From a virus (taxonomy: Duplodnaviria > Caudoviricetes): 40,747 nt of DNA. The notes below the pieces were generated by a model that saw only the letters and a list, made by a program, of their open reading frames with translations, was not told the origin of the DNA and did not search any database. Shown here one piece after another: positions 8,571-16,431 of the stretch; position 1 is the stretch's first letter; the number at the start of each line of letters is the position of its first letter. The stretch spans positions 1-40,747 of the IMG/VR virus record IMGVR_UViG_3300037722_000283. One strand, 5' to 3'. Position numbers and translations under genes: made by a program.

Positions 8571-8755
8571 CGCTGCAGCTCGATGGTGGTGCAGGTCTTG
8601 CAGTCCATGAAGTCGCTGGTCGTCGGATCGGCGACGGCACCACGGAAGGTGTCGGCACAGCGCACAGCGCCGCAGCGCGAAAGGACGGCTCGCCCGGTGA
8701 ACGCATGGAGGATGCCGCTGCGTGATAGTCGCCAGCGACCCTTGGTGGCGGTCAT
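8567..8755 (-). CDS. Small His/Cys zinc-binding protein
   Basis: LHA...SRCG...CKTC; ATGA-coupled. Confidence 0.6.
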   Translation of the reverse strand: MTATKGRWRLSRSGILHAFTGRAVLSRCGAVRCADTFRGAVADPTTSDFMDCKTCTTIELQR

Positions 8756-8943
8756 GCCTTCGGCTTCGGTGGCGAGCAGACGACGCAGCGCGGGCCAGTG
8801 AGGTGCGCGGGGTCTGCGCTCGGGTGATAGAGAGGGCGGCGGCACTTCGTGGTCACGCCGACGGTGCCAGCGCGCTCAGCAGCGATGTGCACCGTCGCGC
8901 CGGGCGAACGGGTGATGAGCACGCCGGTGGCGATGCGCTTCAT
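8752..8943 (-). CDS. Small His/Cys zinc-binding protein
   Basis: VHIA...TKC...CVVC; same pattern as the neighbouring gene. Confidence 0.65.
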   Translation of the reverse strand: MKRIATGVLITRSPGATVHIAAERAGTVGVTTKCRRPLYHPSADPAHLTGPRCVVCSPPKPKA

Positions 8944-9302
8944 GCGCGCCCTTCCGGTCCCATGGGCACGACGCGCACGCGCTGCGGGTCAGTACGGACC
9001 GTCTTGCCGGGAACGTTGCCGTCCCAGCCGGCCATCGGATCGTCGACCTGGCCCATGGCGACCCAGCCGTTGAGCGTCATCTGCGCGGTCATGAGTCCCG
9101 TCACCGGACCTACGGCCTTGCGGAGCACCTCCATCGCCACCTCGTCGGTGATGCCGGGGTGGGTCACGTCGTCCGCTACGCGCCAGCCGAAGGCGAGCGT
9201 CAGATCGGCCATGTTGTCGCCGACCAGCTTGTTCTCGGGCGTGATGATGGCGGCGGCGAACGTCACTTCGATGCGCAGGTAGCCGAAAGGCTCGTCGCTC
9301 AT
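8940..9302 (-). CDS. Hypothetical protein (120 aa)
   Basis: ATGA overlaps; GC-rich third codon positions. Confidence 0.7.
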   Translation of the reverse strand: MSDEPFGYLRIEVTFAAAIITPENKLVGDNMADLTLAFGWRVADDVTHPGITDEVAMEVLRKAVGPVTGLMTAQMTLNGWVAMGQVDDPMAGWDGNVPGKTVRTDPQRVRVVPMGPEGRA

Positions 9303-9478
9303 GCCGCGGCTGCCCGTCGCAGCGCCTCACGCCTCGCGGCAGCGGCGTCCTCGCAGAGCCGGGCCACGCGCTCGACGAGCGCCACCCGCTCATCCACGCG
9401 CTCGACGTGGTTCGCAGCGCACTCGGCCACGGCGTCGGTGATGACCTTGTCCTGGACGGCTTCGAGGGTGGCGTTCAC
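9299..9478 (-). CDS. Hypothetical helical protein (59 aa, not in ORF track)
   Basis: MNATLEAVQDKVITDAVAEC...; GTGA/ATGA overlaps fill the gap exactly. Confidence 0.65.
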   Translation of the reverse strand: MNATLEAVQDKVITDAVAECAANHVERVDERVALVERVARLCEDAAAARREALRRAAAA

Positions 9479-9816
9479 AGCCCGAGACTCGTCTGGGGGT
9501 GCCCTGATGCCACTTCTGGCACTTCCTGCGGAACTGGGGAGGAATCACCGAAAGTAGCAGCGTGGAATGCACCGTCTCGCCGGGTCCAGACGAGCGGCTG
9601 TGGCCCACCCACGACATGGGTCGCACTGAACTCCTGCCAGTCGGGGTACTGGCCCCACGTCAGGCCGTCGGTGCGGCCGTGGCCGTAACCCAGCGCGTAC
9701 TCGGCATTGCGAGCGCGACGCTTCCTGCGACGGCGCACCGGTCCCTTGTGGATGTCACGCCAGCCATCGCGGTAGCCCTGGTCATACGGTTCGAGCTGGA
9801 CCTTGATCTCGGTCAT
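9475..9816 (-). CDS. Hypothetical protein with YxxGYxxG repeats
   Basis: YDQGYRDGW and YALGYGHG; ATGA-coupled start. Confidence 0.65.
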   Translation of the reverse strand: MTEIKVQLEPYDQGYRDGWRDIHKGPVRRRRKRRARNAEYALGYGHGRTDGLTWGQYPDWQEFSATHVVGGPQPLVWTRRDGAFHAATFGDSSPVPQEVPEVASGHPQTSLGL

Positions 9817-10004
9817 ACGTGCAGCCGCCCGCTCATGTCCTTGGCAAGCGAACCGCGGCGCAACCATTCCGGCCGGTCGTCCGTCTGCGCTTCCGGGGGA
9901 TGCACGAGCCGCTCATGCAGCGCAGTCGCGGGCCGACCGCACGTCGCGCACGGGCTCGTGGGAGCAGGCGCAGGGGTCGGTGAAGCCGTCGGTAGCCGTT
10001 CCAT
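9813..10004 (-). CDS. Hypothetical protein (63 aa)
   Basis: Immediately follows the cro-like gene; CATC motif. Confidence 0.5.
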   Translation of the reverse strand: MERLPTASPTPAPAPTSPCATCGRPATALHERLVHPPEAQTDDRPEWLRRGSLAKDMSGRLHV

Positions 10005-10006
10005 GG

Positions 10007-10207
10007 CTAGGCGACGACTTCGACGGCCGTCGGTTCGGACAGTCGCTCGAGGGCTTCGCGGTAGGCCACGGCCTTGTGAGCCGGGATGTTCGGGGTCCGC
10101 TCCCAGTTGATGAGGGTCTGACGTGAGATACCCAGGGCGATCGCGAGGTCCTGCTGGAACACCCCCGCTCTGATGCGATCCACCTTAAGGTCGATGCCGT
10201 TCACCAT
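10007..10207 (-). CDS. Cro-like XRE HTH regulator (66 aa)
   Basis: LKVDRIRAGVFQQDLAIALGISRQTLINWE; first gene of the early operon, divergent from the repressor. Confidence 0.85.
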   Translation of the reverse strand: MVNGIDLKVDRIRAGVFQQDLAIALGISRQTLINWERTPNIPAHKAVAYREALERLSEPTAVEVVA

Positions 10208-10213
10208 GACGTG

Positions 10214-10243
10214 ACTGTACAGGACATTCCCGCGACATGTCAA
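10214..10243 (-). promoter_or_regulatory. Early (lytic) promoter, leaderless
   Basis: TTGACA (10243-10238)-N18-TACAGT (10219-10214)-N6-ATG (10207). Confidence 0.75.
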
Positions 10244-10306
10244 GACAGTCTTATAGTGCTAGGACAAATGTCCTACTCCCCGTGCTTACGGCCTAGACAT
10301 ATGTCT
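10234..10306. promoter_or_regulatory. Cluster of operator-like palindromes
   Basis: GACATGTC (10234-10241), AAGAC-A-GTCTT (10242-10252), TAGGACA-AA-TGTCCTA (10260-10275), AGACA-TA-TGTCT (10295-10306). Confidence 0.7.
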
Positions 10307-10322
10307 TGACTGCTGGTAACGT
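10294..10322 (+). promoter_or_regulatory. Repressor (PRM-like) promoter, leaderless
   Basis: TAGACA (10294-10299)-N17-TAACGT (10317-10322, with TGn extension)-N7-ATG (10330). Confidence 0.7.
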
Positions 10323-10329
10323 ATCCAGC

Positions 10330-10770
10330 ATGTACAGCCGAAAAGAGCGGGGCATCGAGGCCGCGTGGCTGCGCCAGATGCGCAAGCCGCGGTGGTCGAA
10401 TGTCCACAAGGCTGTGGCCGACTTCGAGGCCGAGACGGGACACAAGCTCCACTATTCCCGGTGGGCCGCCTATGAATCAGGCAGCAAGCCCATCCGCGAT
10501 GAGCACATGGATGCGTTCATCGCGTACTTCGGGTCAGATCCGGATGTGCCGCCGCCGACTCCGACCGACTCAGACCTCGCCGCGGCTATCCGCGAGCAGG
10601 CCGCGGCTATCGGCCGCCTGGCGGCCGCCCTGGAGCGTGATAAGGAACAGGCGCCCGTCTGGGCGCAGGCGGTCGTGTCAGCGGTCCTGGCAGGACGCCA
10701 GCTCCTACCAGAAGATGTAGAGCGTAACGGGCCACACGGGTCCGACGTTCCTCAGCGGGATCGGGCGTGA
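10330..10770 (+). CDS. CI-like immunity repressor (N-terminal XRE-like HTH)
   Basis: WLRQMR...HYSRWAAYESGSKPI; divergent from cro; no S24 peptidase domain recognised. Confidence 0.75.
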   Translation: MYSRKERGIEAAWLRQMRKPRWSNVHKAVADFEAETGHKLHYSRWAAYESGSKPIRDEHMDAFIAYFGSDPDVPPPTPTDSDLAAAIREQAAAIGRLAAALERDKEQAPVWAQAVVSAVLAGRQLLPEDVERNGPHGSDVPQRDRA

Positions 10771-10888
10771 ACGTGACACGCATCAGCGGACCTCCAATCG
10801 CTCCCTTGGCACAGAGTGTCCGCCGGCGGTGCCACCTTGTATGGCACGGGCCCCATGCTTCCGACCGACCCCGAAGATACGCCGCAAG

Positions 10889-10981
10889 ATGAGGCTCGGG
10901 GACCCTCGACTGTCGTATGTGTTGCTGCTGGTCATCGCTGTCCTGCTGGTGGTCGTCGTGGTGATGGCGCTGGGACGCTGA
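10889..10981 (+). CDS. 30-aa single-TM peptide (not in ORF track)
   Basis: MRLGDPRLSYVLLLVIAVLLVVVVVMALGR; ends just before the next gene's start. Confidence 0.55.
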   Translation: MRLGDPRLSYVLLLVIAVLLVVVVVMALGR

Positions 10982-10982
10982 C

Positions 10983-11570
10983 GTGCGGACACAGCGAAAG
11001 GCCCCACCCTCCCGAGGGAGAGCGGGACGCATCATCCTTGCGCTTGGCGCTATCCTGATGACCATGCTGGCCACACGAGCCCTGTTCACCGGGAGCCTTC
11101 CCGCGCCGGCCGCTGCGGAGGACATCGACGCCGTGAGAGCCACCCTCATCCAGAGGACCACGAACTGGACGACCGAGGCCAGCAACGACCTCGTCGAGTT
11201 CGACACCGTCGTCTTCGATGACGACAGTCTCGTGGACCTCATGACATCGACCACGAAGATCGGACCGGTGCCCGCCTCATACGACGGCAAGAAGGCCCGG
11301 CTCACCGCGTCGGTCATCTGGCTGAACGACCTGGACACGACCTCATACGCCGAGCTGAAGGTGTTCCGCAACGGCGAAGATGACCCGCCGGTCGCGGTCG
11401 TGCAGCACCGTGCTGCGCCGAACAACACGAGCCTCGAGATGTCCAGCCCGCTGTTCCTGCTCGCCGAGGGCGACTACTTCGAGCTGGTGGCCCGGACGCT
11501 CGACTCGGCGACGGCCTTCGCAGCCGATCCGTACTCGCTCGTCTTCGGGCTGGAGGTCTACGGGCTCTAG
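10983..11570 (+). CDS. Secreted protein with C1q/TNF-like beta-sandwich domain
   Basis: Basic n-region, hydrophobic h-region and PAAA cleavage site; VEFDTVVFDD...LKVFRNG...LAEGDYFEL pattern. Confidence 0.7.
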   Translation: MRTQRKAPPSRGRAGRIILALGAILMTMLATRALFTGSLPAPAAAEDIDAVRATLIQRTTNWTTEASNDLVEFDTVVFDDDSLVDLMTSTTKIGPVPASYDGKKARLTASVIWLNDLDTTSYAELKVFRNGEDDPPVAVVQHRAAPNNTSLEMSSPLFLLAEGDYFELVARTLDSATAFAADPYSLVFGLEVYGL

Positions 11571-12343
11571 ACAGCCGTGACCTGGACGGCCCGGATGGAC
11601 GTGGCCTTGTTCGTCGCACCGTTGGCCAGAGCCGTCGCGAGGATCGCGGAGTCGGACGAGCCCCGGATGCTGACGCCGCGGGCGTAGACGGTCGTGGTGC
11701 TGCCAAGGGTGATACGTGCAGAACAGGAGAAGGTCGCACCACCCCCGGCACCGCCGCCGTGGTAGCCGCTCGCATCAGCCACGACCGCGGACCCGTCGTA
11801 GATCTGCGCGACGAGGTGCGTCTGGCTCGTATTAGCTGACGAGAATGACATCGTGATCATGACGAGCCAGTCGCCAGCCTCCAGCGAGAGCGATGGGCCG
11901 TCGTACGCGGTGTTGGCGTTCACGATGGTCACGTTGCCGGTCAGGAAGGCTTCCTTGCAGTTCGGCGAGCCTCCGCCACCACCCGCCTGCGTCGTCTCCG
12001 TCCACACCGCCGCCCCGTCGGTGTTGTCGAGGCAGACGTATTCCTTGTCCGCGGTCGTGTCGATCCAGCGTGAGCCGACGGTGTAGCCAAGGTCCACGTC
12101 ATCGGTGACGGCAGGCGCCACGGACGCTGCGAGGTTGTTCTTCTGCCACTCGACGCCTGACGTGGCCCCGGAAGCTGCGCGCAGGGATGAGCCATTGGTG
12201 CCGACGCTGACGACGGCAGCGGTATCGTTCGCTGACGCTGCGATGAGATCGCCCTTCGCTGCCCAGGCAGCATCCGCGGTGATGTCGCCGCCACCTCCGA
12301 CGCCTGTGATGCCGGCGTGGTCGATGGTGCTGTGGTCGCCCAT
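11567..12343 (-). CDS. Tail fibre / receptor-binding protein
   Basis: AKGDLIAA and APAVTDD..GYTVGSRWIDT..YVCLD modules, Gly linker, beta-rich C-terminal domain; last tail gene. Confidence 0.75.
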   Translation of the reverse strand: MGDHSTIDHAGITGVGGGGDITADAAWAAKGDLIAASANDTAAVVSVGTNGSSLRAASGATSGVEWQKNNLAASVAPAVTDDVDLGYTVGSRWIDTTADKEYVCLDNTDGAAVWTETTQAGGGGGSPNCKEAFLTGNVTIVNANTAYDGPSLSLEAGDWLVMITMSFSSANTSQTHLVAQIYDGSAVVADASGYHGGGAGGGATFSCSARITLGSTTTVYARGVSIRGSSDSAILATALANGATNKATSIRAVQVTAV

Positions 12344-12351
12344 GTCTGCTC

Positions 12352-13134
12352 CTAGGGTGTCGCGATGAAGTGGACGAGGATGTCGTCGCCGTCGAAGACC
12401 AGTTCCTGGCCACTGCCGTAGTCATGCGTGACCGGCTCCCAGCGACCCACGGCCTGCACCGCGGCTTCTGTGACCGGATCGGCCGGCGAGCCGTGCGTGT
12501 GGTCCTGCCGGGCGTACTCTGTGTCGCTACCCACGGCGGGCGAGATACCGAACGTGGTCTCCGACTCGACGGTCGTGGCAGGGGTGCCAGCGCCGCCGCC
12601 TGCCCCGGCGTGGTAGCCGAAGTAGGTCGTGCCATCGTCGATGGTCACGAGGCCGATGGTGTCCACGGCGTTAGCCGCGGTCTGCAGGGTCGGAGCCGAG
12701 CCGCCCACCCACGTGATGGTGTCCGCCCAGGTGATGGTCCGGCTGCCCGTGCCGTCCTGCCTGACGATGAGCCGCCAGTCGGTGGCCTCGCCCGTGACGG
12801 CACCGTCGAGCGTGATGGTCGCGTTGCCGACGAGGGTCAGGTCATGCGTGGCACCGTCGGCGCGATCCGCGGTGTGGGCGCCGCTGACGGAGAGGTCTTC
12901 GTGCAGGGAGGTGAGGTCGCTGCCCACGCTGCCTACCACCGTCCACGTCGCGACCGCCGGGTCCTCGCAGATATAGAGCGTGTTCGTCGTGGGTACCCAC
13001 CACCACGAGCCCTTCGCCCAGCCACCGGCCGCGAAGGTATCCCCGGAATCCGGGGCGGCGCTCGCTGCGTAGTCGTCCTTGATGCGGGTGGGGTTGCCCG
13101 CGGCATCGAAGACGAGGCGATAGGTGGCGGCCAT
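12352..13134 (-). CDS. Minor tail / fibre protein
   Basis: LIVRQDGTGSRTITW..WVGGSAPTL and YARQDHTH fibre modules. Confidence 0.75.
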   Translation of the reverse strand: MAATYRLVFDAAGNPTRIKDDYAASAAPDSGDTFAAGGWAKGSWWWVPTTNTLYICEDPAVATWTVVGSVGSDLTSLHEDLSVSGAHTADRADGATHDLTLVGNATITLDGAVTGEATDWRLIVRQDGTGSRTITWADTITWVGGSAPTLQTAANAVDTIGLVTIDDGTTYFGYHAGAGGGAGTPATTVESETTFGISPAVGSDTEYARQDHTHGSPADPVTEAAVQAVGRWEPVTHDYGSGQELVFDGDDILVHFIATP

Positions 13135-15944
13135 CAGGCGACCTGGTACTCGACCACGAGCTTGCTGCAGCCAGCCGCATGGTTCGAGGCGTCGTGGTAG
13201 AACGTCGCCAGGGTGAACGCGCCCGTCGTCGGGTCCTGCGTGGCGGGCGTGACCGGGATGTCATCGACCCAGACACGCAGCGTGCCGGGCACGAACGCCT
13301 CCCCGAGGGAGAATGGCCCGGTGCCGTCACCGTGGGCGATGACGCGACGGGCGCTGTCACCACCCTCGGCGAGGGGCACCACGCGGATGTAGTCGATCTC
13401 GATACGCTGCACCGGACCCGAGGCGTTGCCGAGCCGTCCGACGATGTCGAACTCCACGTCATCGAGGTCGAGGTCCGAATCCACCGCTGCCGATACCGGC
13501 CACGCGACCGGCATGTCGTCGGCATCGGCCCAGACCTTGCCGTACACCATGCCGTCCTGCCAGCGCCATCTGATGAGCCCGTATTCGTCCACGTCGGGCA
13601 GGGTCATCGTCGCGGTGTCGGTCGTCTCGCCGATGACCTGGATACCCTCGGCGTTGGTGCCATCGCCGAAGTTCAACTGGAGCCGCCCGCTGAACATCCA
13701 GTCGAAGTAGAGATAGCGCAGGCCGGCATCGGCGACCTCACCCTTCGCACCACGCAGCCGGTAGCGGATCTCCAGCTCGAAGTCTCCCGCCTCCATGGGC
13801 AGCACCGGGCCGGGGTTGCTGGGGTGTCCCTCGCCGAACACGCTGATGGTCCAGTTGTTGCCGCTGGTCTCGTGGGTCGCGGCGGACTCGGCGAAGAAGA
13901 CGCCATCCTCGATGCCGTGGTCGCCCACGAAGCCGGCGAAGAACGATGACCACTCGTTCCCGCCCGGCCACCATGCCGCGGTGTCGACCTGGACGGGCAG
14001 ATAGCCCAGCGCGTCGTCGAGCCATGTCGGGTCCGTCTGGATGGCGATGGTGGCCACCATCTCGCCGCCCGTGTACGCGGAGGGGTCATCGGGGGTCGCG
14101 TCACCCTCGCGCTGGCTGAGACGCCAGTGGAAGGGGAACGTGCCAGCCTCGCCCGAGCTGACGTTGGTATAGCCCGAGGGATCACCCGAGACGGCACCGT
14201 CATCCGCCACCAGCGCCAGCCACAGCGTCGGGGTGGAGGTCTCGATGCCGGGATCGAGCGAAGGCGGGTCGTTGCCGGACGTGGTCGCCATGACCGGAGC
14301 GCCCGCACGCTCGAGGCAGTACGCCACGGCGTGCACGACGGAATCGGTGGCCGCCACCACGAGCTGGTCCGTGCCGTCGCCGGCGTAGCCTTCAAGGCCG
14401 GTCAGGGCGAGGTCGAAGACATCATATTCGCCACCGCGCGCGCCGGGCACCCAGCCGTCGCCGTCGATGTGCGTGAAGCCGGCCGCCTCCATGGCCGTGA
14501 TGAGCACGCTCGAACCAGAGCCGCGTTCGCGGAACATGACCATGCCGAGGCGTCGCTTCGCGACATGGATACCGGCGGGCAGGTCGATGGTGTGCTCATC
14601 GGCCAGCACGCCCTGCGTCTCGGCGGTCGCGATGATGGCGATCTCACGTCCGAAGTCCTCGAGGTAGAGCAGGGGCGTCTCGCCGGTCTCATCGACGGGG
14701 TCATCAGAGCCGCCGCCGCCACCGCCTCCTCCCGGCTTCTTGCCCGCGCCTGGCGTATCGCCACAGCAGCCGGCGCCCTCGATGTCGCGCGACGGGGTGT
14801 CGCCAGTGACAGGGTCCGGCGCGAGGTCGCCCATCTCGAGCGCCGGGTCATACTCGCCATTCTCGATATCGGTCAGGGTGATCGCCGCGATGCGCTCGGT
14901 GCCGCCCGAGACGTAGTCGGTCGGCACTGCGATCGTGTCACCCACGGTGTAGTCGACCAGCGCGACCTTGCCGGTCGTGTCGAGTACGGGGAGCACGAAC
15001 GGGCCGTCGTACTGCTTCTTCCACTTGCGCAGCTTTCGGTCGCCGACGCGATTGAGCACCGAGGCCGTAGCGGTCCGGGTGAAGCGAAAGAAGCCTTCCT
15101 TGCGGCGACCCAGCGCAGTCTCGATGGTGTCGTCGTGGCGGATGCGGTAGCGCAGATGGTTCTGCTTGTTCTCGCCCTCGACGATGACGGCCGAGACCCC
15201 TCGCCGGGAGGCTACCTGTGCCTCGGCTGTGTCGCGGATGTCCACGCCAGAGGTGAAGCCGATGGTGGCGCTCAGGTCGTTGTCGTAGCTGTCCCAGGCG
15301 TGCACCACGAGCCCGCCGTCCATCGTGATGTGCAGGCCCGTCTCACGTAGCTCTCGCACGACATCGAGGTACGTGGTGCCGATGCTGACCGTGTAGTCAT
15401 CGGCGTTGACCACGCTCCAGGGGTTGCCGTCGCTGTCGAGCGTGCGGGTGAAGTCCCACGTGACGCCCGGCAGACAGCCACGAGCCACCGCCTCCTCCAG
15501 CAGCCGGACGAGTGCGCGGGCAGGGTGGATATCGGTCCAGTGCCAGTCGCCCTTCGCAGGGCGCACCTGGCCGCTGGCACCGCTTACCGCCTTCGGCCAC
15601 ACGCGGGCCTCCTTGAGGTAGGCGATGGGCCCGTTGCCCGTGACGCCATGAAGTTTCCCGCCCTCTTCCTCGGGGTTGTCGATGACCTTGCCGATGGCGT
15701 CGACCCAGAAGCCCGCGATGGGATCGCCGGATACGGTGTCCCGCCAGACCGCGATGTAGTCGTCCTGCGTACACCAGGCGGCCTGCGCCTCGTCGGGATG
15801 GATCGCGAAGCTGCCGCGACCGATGCCGTTGTCCTCGACCGTGACCGACTTCATGTACGCCTTCGTCAACGTCCCGGCCGGCGTGCCTAGCGGGTCGGCC
15901 TTCGGGTAAGCGACGAAGACGAGGGAGCCGGCTGCGAGAGCCAT
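13134..15944 (-). CDS. Large minor tail protein (hub/Tal-like N-terminus plus beta-rich domains), ~936 aa
   Basis: Follows the Dit-like gene; GGAGG RBS before ATG 15944; poly-Gly hinge. Confidence 0.8.
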   Translation of the reverse strand: MALAAGSLVFVAYPKADPLGTPAGTLTKAYMKSVTVEDNGIGRGSFAIHPDEAQAAWCTQDDYIAVWRDTVSGDPIAGFWVDAIGKVIDNPEEEGGKLHGVTGNGPIAYLKEARVWPKAVSGASGQVRPAKGDWHWTDIHPARALVRLLEEAVARGCLPGVTWDFTRTLDSDGNPWSVVNADDYTVSIGTTYLDVVRELRETGLHITMDGGLVVHAWDSYDNDLSATIGFTSGVDIRDTAEAQVASRRGVSAVIVEGENKQNHLRYRIRHDDTIETALGRRKEGFFRFTRTATASVLNRVGDRKLRKWKKQYDGPFVLPVLDTTGKVALVDYTVGDTIAVPTDYVSGGTERIAAITLTDIENGEYDPALEMGDLAPDPVTGDTPSRDIEGAGCCGDTPGAGKKPGGGGGGGGSDDPVDETGETPLLYLEDFGREIAIIATAETQGVLADEHTIDLPAGIHVAKRRLGMVMFRERGSGSSVLITAMEAAGFTHIDGDGWVPGARGGEYDVFDLALTGLEGYAGDGTDQLVVAATDSVVHAVAYCLERAGAPVMATTSGNDPPSLDPGIETSTPTLWLALVADDGAVSGDPSGYTNVSSGEAGTFPFHWRLSQREGDATPDDPSAYTGGEMVATIAIQTDPTWLDDALGYLPVQVDTAAWWPGGNEWSSFFAGFVGDHGIEDGVFFAESAATHETSGNNWTISVFGEGHPSNPGPVLPMEAGDFELEIRYRLRGAKGEVADAGLRYLYFDWMFSGRLQLNFGDGTNAEGIQVIGETTDTATMTLPDVDEYGLIRWRWQDGMVYGKVWADADDMPVAWPVSAAVDSDLDLDDVEFDIVGRLGNASGPVQRIEIDYIRVVPLAEGGDSARRVIAHGDGTGPFSLGEAFVPGTLRVWVDDIPVTPATQDPTTGAFTLATFYHDASNHAAGCSKLVVEYQVA

Positions 15945-15972
15945 CAGCAGGAGCCTCCCAAGGGTGCCCACA

Positions 15973-16431
15973 TCAGGCGATGAGCCAATCGTCACCGACC
16001 GCTTCGAGCTGGTACGACAGGACCCCAGAGGGAACCGGCTTGTAGTTCACGATCGTCTCGGGCAGCGGGCGCGCCGAGATGGTCGCGGTCCTGACACCGT
16101 CCTCGAGCCCGATGATGAGCGTGGCCGCGGCACGGTTCGCTGCGAACAGCGCCCGAAGCACCTCCATGGCATCCCGGTAATCGTCAGCCCGGGCAGCGTC
16201 ACTGGCACCGATCCCGCGCACCAGCCCGCGCACCTCGATGAGCCGGTTGTCGCGTACGCGGTTGCGAGGCGTGCGGCCGGCCGCCCCGGGGACGATCGTG
16301 TCCTTGCCGCGGACCAGGAAGGCCTCGTCGAGCCCACGCACCAGCCAGAACTTGAGCCGGTTCTCGGTGCCCACGAGCGTGTTGAGGGCGACCGCATCGT
16401 ACGAGTTGACGGGGCGCTGGATGCCGGTCAT
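15973..16431 (-). CDS. Distal tail (Dit)-like protein
   Basis: Directly after tape measure; RGKDTIVPGAAGR motif. Confidence 0.7.
   Translation of the reverse strand: MTGIQRPVNSYDAVALNTLVGTENRLKFWLVRGLDEAFLVRGKDTIVPGAAGRTPRNRVRDNRLIEVRGLVRGIGASDAARADDYRDAMEVLRALFAANRAAATLIIGLEDGVRTATISARPLPETIVNYKPVPSGVLSYQLEAVGDDWLIA

Noticed and set aside
10816-11058. 80-aa plus-strand ORF after the repressor (possible ImmA or antirepressor)
   Set aside because: No HExxH or other motif; overlaps the better-supported TM peptide and secreted protein.
11567-15944. Diversity-generating retroelement or invertible fibre cassette
   Set aside because: No reverse transcriptase, invertase, template/variable repeat pair or flanking inverted repeats seen.
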